Part shown: positions 60,412-64,000 of the stretch, one piece after another
Numbering within the stretch: position 1 is the first letter of the stretch
Layout of the letters: each line of letters begins with the position of its first letter
Translations under genes and position numbers: made by a program
Notes under the pieces: model-generated
What the model saw: the letters and a program-made list of their open reading frames with translations, nothing else
What the model was told of the DNA's origin: nothing
Database searches by the model: none
From: Candidatus Latescibacterota bacterium
Lineage (GTDB): Bacteria; Latescibacterota; UBA2968; UBA8231
NCBI GenBank assembly: GCA_965243025.1
Contig: CBDETY010000003.1
Coordinates: 3,040,001-3,104,000 of the forward strand
Direction: 5' to 3'
Length of the DNA: 64,000 bases

Positions 60412-60972
60412 TCACCCTTGCTTGGTGACCCGGTCTCCGACACGGATCGTTCCGCTCTCGACGACCCGCGTGTTGATGCCGCGCAGGCACATCTTCCTGC
60501 CTTCGTCGGAGTTGACCAGGAGCATCGCATCCAGGCCGAATCGCTCGACGAATTTCTTGCAGCCGGTGTGCGGAACGGGCGTGACCTCCAGAACTGCCGA
60601 GCCGATTGCGAGCCGCGTCCCCGCCGGCAGGTTGTCGAGACTGAGGTCGAGGTCGATGAACAGCTGATCGCCCGCCAGCGGCCAGCGCTCCCGGCTGCCG
60701 GCGACCAGATCGGCGACCCGGGCGTTCATGACGGTCACCTGCGCATCCGGGTTGGCGTCCCGCGGAGGTGTCGCGAGTTCGCCCCGGGTCCGCCAGTTGT
60801 CCCCTGCCAAACCCTCGTCAACGTCGAGTTTCCCTTCCCGCAGAAGTTCCCGCTCTCCGATCTGCGGCCGCCGCGAAATCAACAGCAGCGTTCCCTCGTC
60901 GGCAGGGGATTGGCGAATGTGCGCGAGCTCGTTCAGCTCCCGTGACGAGAGGTGTTTCGTTTCCATTGCCAT
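60412..60972 (-). CDS. MOSC-domain protein
   Basis: GLAGD, AGDQLF, PHTGCKKF, GINTRV...GTIRVGD. Confidence 0.88.
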   Translation of the reverse strand: MAMETKHLSSRELNELAHIRQSPADEGTLLLISRRPQIGERELLREGKLDVDEGLAGDNWRTRGELATPPRDANPDAQVTVMNARVADLVAGSRERWPLAGDQLFIDLDLSLDNLPAGTRLAIGSAVLEVTPVPHTGCKKFVERFGLDAMLLVNSDEGRKMCLRGINTRVVESGTIRVGDRVTKQG

Positions 60973-60993
60973 CGTCCTTTTGTGAGGCGCCAT

Positions 60994-61758
60994 CTACCCA
61001 CTACGCACCAATATCCCTCTCTCCATATCCTCTCTCAAGCTCGCCAGACAAAGAGCCTTAATCATCCCCGCCAGAAACAATCCGAAATCCTCTTCCAACC
61101 GATAGCCGTCCCTGTCCTGTACCAACAGCCCCGCTTCCATCAGTTTGCCAAGTGCATCCGTCAGTGCCTGCTCGGACCCGGCCAGTTCTGCCGCCAACAG
61201 TGGAGCGAAATTTTGTGGGCCTTTCAGAAGGAAGAAAGCGACGGGCCAGCACTCGGGCTCCACGAGGGTGCGGAGAATTTCCATCATGTTTGACGATGGC
61301 AGGTCTTCTTCCAGTGCCTCGCCCCCGGCAAAGCACACCAGGCCGCTGCGGCTCCAAAAACTCAGGCCCTCAAGTCCCTTGTCCGGATGCGACAGTTGAT
61401 AGGAGATGTTTCTGTCCTGATTCGTCATATCGCAAGTGGGGATCAGGAGCCCCAGTGCCGTCATCAGAGCGGCATGTCGTTCCTTCTTGTCTCTCAGGCC
61501 GCTGATACGCTGTGCCAACTTTGCGCCGACCGTTTCAATCCCGAGCTCACTGTCGATCCCCAACATTGCATCCGCCGAAGTGCCCAGCGTTTTGCACAAG
61601 GCTGGCAACGTGCCCACATCGGGCAGGGACTCGCCGTTCTCCCACTTGGAAACGGCCTGCGGACTGACGAACAGGTCGTTCCCCAGCTGTTCCTGAGTGA
61701 ACCCCTGATGCTTCCGCCGCTCCTGTATCCTTCGTCCAAGCGCTACCGGGTCAATCAT
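60994..61758 (-). CDS. XRE-family HTH transcriptional regulator
   Basis: TQEQLG..LFVSPQAVSKWENGESLPD. Confidence 0.92.
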   Translation of the reverse strand: MIDPVALGRRIQERRKHQGFTQEQLGNDLFVSPQAVSKWENGESLPDVGTLPALCKTLGTSADAMLGIDSELGIETVGAKLAQRISGLRDKKERHAALMTALGLLIPTCDMTNQDRNISYQLSHPDKGLEGLSFWSRSGLVCFAGGEALEEDLPSSNMMEILRTLVEPECWPVAFFLLKGPQNFAPLLAAELAGSEQALTDALGKLMEAGLLVQDRDGYRLEEDFGLFLAGMIKALCLASLREDMERGILVRSG

Positions 61759-62146
61759 CGCGCGCTATCTCCTTGCCCTGACCTGCAACATCCTCCATCA
61801 AGCGATGGTTGTAGTTACCGCACAACCAGAATAGCGCATTTACCAGGTTGTCGGCATTGAGCAACGCGGAAGGAGGTCAACTGTTGGTTGAGCTGTGCCC
61901 CAGGTCAGGACGCTGGCTGCTCGAAGGCGCGAACGGCGCGCACACGGGGTGAAGTTCGGACGCCGGCTGCCGATGATGTGCTTGCCCACGGGCGGGCCGT
62001 CGATGCAAGGCGGCTTCCGCGGGTTGGTCTACCGATGGCCGGATCGAGGCCGGATATGTTACCACCGCGGAGATAAATCAGGTGACCGCCACAAGCGGCG
62101 CATGGGCCGAACTCGGCGGAAGACACCCATGGAACCAGGCCGGAAC

Positions 62147-62689
62147 TCACCTCTGCTTGTATCCGAGGCCGCCTTCCTCCACCAGGGTATACAGTCCCCA
62201 TATCATGATGGAGGCGCCGACGGCCGCGCTCACCGGAAGAGCGCCGACCTGACCGAACGCGCCCGCCCATAGCACGGCTTGCCCTTCCAGCCAGGCACTC
62301 TGTACGAGAAGCACCTCCCTGGTTGCATCCACTGATGCTGTTACCGTTGAGTGCAGGACATCCGTGCCGCCGAGGTGTTTCGTGAATCCGTAGAGCAGGG
62401 CAGCCGCCGAGGCCGCGTATCCGATACTCTCCAGCACCCGCAATGGTGAGAGGGCCACGTACACTCTCTCTTGCCGGAAGTTCCTCAGAAGCCGCTCGGT
62501 GAAAGCGGCCGACAGTCCTTCGTGCCTTTGTTTCGACAAGATGTCATCGAGCAGGCGGTCGGCGGAAAACTCGCGGCTGCACGGGCTGCACTCGCGCAGA
62601 TGTCGTTCGACGGCTCCTCTGTCGGCAGGCCTCAATGCGCCAACAGAAAAATCCTCAAAGAGCTCCTTGGCCCGGTGGCAATCCATCAT
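62147..62689 (-). CDS. Zinc-binding (zf-HC2) anti-sigma factor
   Basis: HLRECSPC motif, TM segments, overlaps the sigma gene. Confidence 0.88.
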   Translation of the reverse strand: MMDCHRAKELFEDFSVGALRPADRGAVERHLRECSPCSREFSADRLLDDILSKQRHEGLSAAFTERLLRNFRQERVYVALSPLRVLESIGYAASAAALLYGFTKHLGGTDVLHSTVTASVDATREVLLVQSAWLEGQAVLWAGAFGQVGALPVSAAVGASIMIWGLYTLVEEGGLGYKQR

Positions 62690-63255
62690 GTCACATATCC
62701 TCCGTCGATGGCGCGCGCTCTCAGGAACTGCTTCGCCCGATGCAGGCAGGTCTTCACTGTACCCATCGGGATGCCCATGATGTCCGCAATCTCCCTGTAC
62801 TTCCTGTCCTCCACATAGTAGAGAGATACGGCCATCCTGTATTGAGGCGGCAGCTCATCCATCCAGCGCCCTACTGCTTCCTCGATTTCAGCCTTTTCGC
62901 CGTTGTCTTCCCTGACCCTGTCGCCCGTGCTGTTCTCCCGGTGATGCCAACTTCCCGTTTCGTCATCCCACTGGACCTGGTTGCGGCGGTGTCGGCGCCG
63001 CTGCAGCTCCCGGAGGCAGACCCGGTGGGTAATCCGGTAGATCCAGGTGGAAAGCCTCGCTTCGCCGCGAAACCGGGGCAGACCCCGAAATACTCTCAGG
63101 AATACTTCCTGGGTCAGATCTTCCGTCGCATCGCTGTCCCCCGTCATTCGGTACACGATATTCGAGACCCTGCTCTTGTGTTGATCCACGAGTTCAGCCA
63201 ACGCCTTTTCATCTCCTCTTCGACAGCGACTGATGAGGGTTCTTTCATCCTGCAC
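62686..63255 (-). CDS. ECF sigma-70 factor
   Basis: EDLTQEVF, STWIYRI, YREIADIMGIPMGTVKTCLHRA. Confidence 0.95.
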   Translation of the reverse strand: MQDERTLISRCRRGDEKALAELVDQHKSRVSNIVYRMTGDSDATEDLTQEVFLRVFRGLPRFRGEARLSTWIYRITHRVCLRELQRRRHRRNQVQWDDETGSWHHRENSTGDRVREDNGEKAEIEEAVGRWMDELPPQYRMAVSLYYVEDRKYREIADIMGIPMGTVKTCLHRAKQFLRARAIDGGYVT

Positions 63256-63452
63256 GGAGAGTTTCCCTGTGTGCGTTTTGTGCCGCCATTACCCTACTAT
63301 ATAGAGCTCCTGTGGCTGGAAATGTTTCAAAATGTCCTGCATTCATCTTCTTCTGAAACAAATCCGCCCTGTCCCGCTCTAATTGTTGCGAATCCCACAC
63401 CATTTTCCATTCTGGTTGTCCGTCTGATACGGTCGGACGAAGGAGCAAAACC

Positions 63453-63920
63453 ATGAAAAGCTTGCCATTCATCGTGCTGAGTTTCCTCCTGCTGACGGCG
63501 TCGAATGCCATGGCGGGGAACGAGGTAGAAATCCTGGCGGTTTCGATACCCATCGTGGCTGTTGCCGGTCTGTTCGTCTTTCTCACTCTGAGGTATTACT
63601 TCCAGAGCAAGGTCCAGAGAGCCGCGATCGAGAAGGGCCAGCCGGTTCCTCTCAGTCAGCCGACTGATGCCCGCAAGCCAGGGTTGATCCTGATCGCGGT
63701 GGGCCTTGGCTACGTGATTGCTGCTTCCGGGTTCGGCGGTCCCCTTCCTCCAGGTGCATGGGGCATCATCCCTCTGCTCATCGGCATCAGCTTGCTGGTA
63801 TTCCACTATCTGAAGGTCAAAGAGGACAGGTCGTACGAGGAGAAACACGAGGCCTCCGGAGGGAATGCCGCCGCCAGCCCGCCAGCGACCCGTACCGCAT
63901 CGGATACTCAGGACGCTTAG
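63453..63920 (+). CDS. DUF6249-like membrane protein, copy 2 (intact), divergent from ECF sigma
   Basis: AGGAG RBS; AAIEKG motif; signal-like N-terminus plus 3 TM. Confidence 0.75.
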   Translation: MKSLPFIVLSFLLLTASNAMAGNEVEILAVSIPIVAVAGLFVFLTLRYYFQSKVQRAAIEKGQPVPLSQPTDARKPGLILIAVGLGYVIAASGFGGPLPPGAWGIIPLLIGISLLVFHYLKVKEDRSYEEKHEASGGNAAASPPATRTASDTQDA

Positions 63921-64000
63921 GACTGCAGCTCCCAGGGGTTCTGGCAGGACTCGCTGCAGCCGGATCGCCGGGCACAATCGGCGTCCCGATGGCGACATAT

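Overview
High-GC bacterial window, probably FCB-group (Latescibacterota-like; inferred from a C-terminal SWGRIK motif and a MacB-permease expansion), with many signs of gene erosion. 1-18 kb: sigma54 two-component system, RND-type adaptor, two ABC ATPases and five MacB/FtsX permeases, plus a collapsed permease pseudogene. 18.6-33.4 kb: two convergent arrays of small lower-GC gene cassettes separated by structured attC-like sites, with IS630 and IS3 insertions and no integrase in the window. The sites are non-canonical: the spacer is usually 7/4 asymmetric, there is no extrahelical base in the L box, and the central region is branched with GNA loops. Each cassette has its own terminal inverted repeat, up to 18 bp, with an A/G mismatch at position 11 in 10 of 11 cassettes. 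Two cassettes use GAT rather than GTT, and an attI-like simple site heads the main array. This is the best candidate for an undescribed system. 35-47 kb: hypothetical genes, an Rpn nuclease, decayed toxin-antitoxin genes with a 140-bp micro-inversion, ankyrin/kinase/PhyH genes and satellite cassette sites. 47-59 kb: MetE-like, CNNM, TonB receptor, sulfatase, PLP decarboxylase and a hybrid kinase-regulator. 59.5-64 kb: an XRE/anti-sigma/ECF sigma/membrane-protein module with a deleted tandem copy. All calls were made by eye; no searches were run.
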